Source of the DNA: Phoronis australis | Lineage: Eukaryota > Animalia > Phoronida | Direction: 5' to 3' | DNA length: 64,000 nucleotides | Assembly: GCA_002633005.1 (NCBI GenBank) | Contig: NMRA01000163.1 | Location: forward strand, 648,884-712,883 | Shown: piece after piece, positions 62,201 through 64,000 of the stretch | Layout: the number at the start of each line of letters is the position of its first letter | How positions within the stretch are numbered: the stretch's first letter is position 1 | Made by a program: the position numbers and the translations under genes | The notes under the pieces: generated by a model | What the model was told of the DNA's origin: nothing | The model's input: only the letters and a program-made list of their open reading frames with translations | Database searches by the model: none

Positions 62201-63742
62201 ACGTCTTTGAAACCATTTAAGCTGGACATCACAAGAAAAGTTAATAGAATAAGAATAAGCTTTTCTCCACCACTCATGGGGAATTACAGTATTCAACTGT
62301 TTTTCCCAACTTTCCTCAAATTTGGGTTTTTTATATAGTTTTTGTATTAAGTGGGTATAAATTTGTTTATTGACTTTTTGTCTCAATATAAGAATGGAAT
62401 TAAATGTTGTGCAAAACGGCAAGGTTATCTCGATTTCACTACATGGCCTAATTTGAGAATGACGAATAGTTTGATGAATTGCACTTCCAATACCCCAAAA
62501 AGATGTAAATGATGGAGAAAACCTGTATCTTTCACAAAAACTCTCAGTCTGGTAAGACATAAAATGACCATTATGGTTCAACAAATCGTGGATAAAAATT
62601 ATCCCTCTTTTATACCAGTCATTGTAGAAAACAAACTTTTTATCAATCAAAATATGTTCATTATACCAGAGTGGTTCGTAATAAAATTCCTCTTTAATGT
62701 GAGTTTATACAAAATGGATGTTCAGGCTTCGATTCACTCTGTACTAGGCATATTGCAGCCTTGCCGTAAATTGAAATCAGGCTAAGTGCACGTGCCTTAC
62801 ACGCACAACTTACATGCAGAACCAGCGTGCCACGTTGAAATCTCACTACTGGTTTGTGCAGGAGTTCTGTAAAACACAATTAACATAACTGTTAGGATTA
62901 CCATACCTTAATACATTTTTGCACACCCAGTTTCAAATTTAAAGTAACAACAGATTTCTTCACATTATAGATCAGGAAAGGTGTGAAGGATGTTACCTAG
63001 TCCTGAGTTAACTTTGTTTATACTGGACAACCCATGTGGAGCTGACGGCAGCCATGAAAGAGGGTGACCCAGTCCTCAATAATACAGGAATTCAACAGTT
63101 AGTATTATGGAATGAAAATAACGCAGATCTGTTATTGCCTGAGGTGAAAAAAATCAAACGATACTTTCCAGAGAAATGTCAATGTGCTAAACTTTCTACC
63201 TCACTATGTTTCCGTGTCAACAATGACAAACAAGAGTACACAGCAGCTTGAATTTTGAAGTTTCATAAAGACATACAACACAAGACAAAAGTAATCAGAC
63301 AAAATACCTTTCTCCCATCCGATAATAACTACTAGGGGACCAAATTCTAATTACAGAATATCTTAACGACCTAAACTTTCCCCGTTTCTCTTCATTCTCA
63401 GTCATGACTATAACACTTCTCTGATGATGAATTTGGTTTCCACCCAGCTGTCATGACAAGAAATTCCATGACATTTTGTTTGAATACTTTGGCATGTACT
63501 GTATGCTTCAAAATCCATGACATCATCAAGTAAAGAGCAACAAAATTGTTACGCAGGTGAGATATTTAACTCCTATCAACGATCAGTTAAGTTTTATTAA
63601 GCAGCTGAATTGTTCTTTAAAACCAGCAGTTTTTGTTGAATGTGAGTTTGAACACATAACCAGATGCACAGGACAAAGAAACACATCGTAGCCTACCATC
63701 TAAGTCATAAACTTCCTTGTTATTTGAAGGGAGCTTCATGGC
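44277..63742 (-). CDS. BCR: BCR/ABR-family Rho GEF-GAP (C-terminal DH part, PH, C2, RhoGAP); 5'-partial, 15 exons and ~639 aa visible
   Basis: complement(join(44277..44511,46287..46392,46773..46907,47317..47456,48112..48227,49045..49101,50832..51028,52252..52326,53920..54021,56138..56464,59395..59477,60632..60753,61263..61388,62814..62866,63697..63742)) = 1920 nt, all GT-AG with compatible phases. Motifs: LLHKPVVRFQRGTLVLHDLLKSTP (DH); RKLRSLLLFNNVLVCAK, KWHIPLTDL, LLCSDYERNEW (PH); GFLNVTVH, EVDSYGHFYMKAKT, WNQDFEIELD (C2); GIYRVSG with the arginine finger, LKLYLRELPEALFT, NKMSQQNLATIFGPTMLRP (RhoGAP). Ends in TQF*, a class I PDZ-ligand-like tail. BCR versus ABR cannot be separated here; it is probably the single pro-orthologue. 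Confidence 0.93.
44539..45776. mobile_element. Tc1/pogo-like MITE interrupted by a HINE
   Basis: Right end gcccatgggcttatctacgggaaaatcacagta. The segments on either side of 44757-45565 join into the sequence seen uninterrupted at 12168-12563. Confidence 0.65.
44757..45565 (+). mobile_element. HINE/DINE-like Helentron-associated element
   Basis: Starts caagagcaacgcgg...aatgtgcccac, has internal tandem repeats, and ends in the hairpin atgcatccccatat-aa-atatgtgagcgcat followed by an A run. Confidence 0.75.
49744..50799 (+). mobile_element. HINE/DINE-like Helentron-associated element (most complete copy)
   Basis: AACAAG start; subterminal inverted repeat atgcgcccaca (49769) / tgtgggcgcat (50784); internal repeats; (GACG)n at 50735-50749; terminal stem-loop 50765-50794. 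This is the pearl/DINE-1/HINE architecture. Confidence 0.8.
52643..52863. mobile_element. MITE with ~30-bp TIR
   Basis: actattgtaaaatctcaccaatttcggaca / tgtcctaaattggtgagattttcccaatagt. Confidence 0.7.
52997..53235 (-). mobile_element. tRNA-derived SINE, third copy
   Basis: Reverse complement of 19132-19368, including the B-box (gggactcgaaccc on the + strand). Confidence 0.8.
57088..58077. mobile_element. ~1-kb non-autonomous DNA transposon with 5-bp TSD (CATTC), containing a tRNA-like/SINE head
   Basis: cattc|cataggcggatttagggg ... cctagatcccccactg|cattc. A/B-box-like segment near 57745-57810. Confidence 0.7.
58704..59061. mobile_element. MITE-like element with 15-bp perfect TIR
   Basis: aatgcccagatgttc / gaacatctgggcatt. 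Confidence 0.55.
61652..62745 (-). mobile_element. 5'-truncated Tx1/L1-clade LINE (C-terminal zinc-binding region, 3' UTR and poly(A))
   Basis: EPLWYNEHILIDKKFVFYNDWYKRGIIFIHDLL ... FQRRLTHRLLGTNKFLSKIG...CTFCNSHSEDLFHL (zf-RVT-like), then a frameshifted INLLLCLGNYHIHK, AATAAA and an A10 tail (T run at 61652-61661). Confidence 0.85.
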
Positions 63743-64000
63743 CTGCAATATACAAAGATCAAACATGCCCTACATTTCCATGTGACAACCGCAAATAGGA
63801 GATCAGTTTAGAAAAACGTGGCAATGGGTAAATTGCCCCACTGGGCCTCGAATCTATGAGCAAGTTTGGCAGAGATATGAGACACATAATTTTCTGTAAG
63901 TTCTTTTTTGATTTGATTTTTGGGAGAGGCATTCTAAAGCTACCTCGGTAACGTGGCAATTTGTGATGGCTCTAAACAGCCAATTGCAAATCAAACTGAT

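Overview
This is AT-rich, intron-rich animal genomic DNA, probably from a bilaterian invertebrate (inferred from gene content and repeat families), with one N gap at 26290-26885. I reconstructed three spliced genes by hand, and every junction is phase-compatible. (1) A complete glutathione synthetase (GSS, + strand, 11 coding exons, 5692-21083, about 481 aa) with one probable GC-AG intron. (2) A complete HPS4/BLOC-3 subunit (+ strand, 12 coding exons, 28778-41898, about 615 aa). (3) The 3' part of a BCR/ABR-family DH-PH-C2-RhoGAP gene (- strand, 15 exons, 44277-63742), which continues beyond the window and is convergent with HPS4. Introns and intergenic DNA hold many decayed mobile elements: Kolobok-like elements with THAP remnants, Harbinger-like, hAT-like and Tc1-like MITEs, Helentron-associated (HINE/DINE-like) elements, a tRNA-derived SINE, RTE and Tx1/L1 LINE relics, and two minisatellites. 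I found no CRISPR array, rRNA or intact tRNA gene, and I cannot support a wholly new multi-gene system. The strongest unexplained signals are: TACATGTA/TAGGCCTA palindromes, with TACATGTA appearing as a 6-bp insertion at TA sites when compared with sibling repeat units (candidate transposon excision footprints); CTCF-consensus motifs packed into a HINE family; substrate-loop substitutions in GSS; and a tandemly duplicated start codon plus splice donor in HPS4. All comparisons to human proteins are from memory and need checking by alignment.
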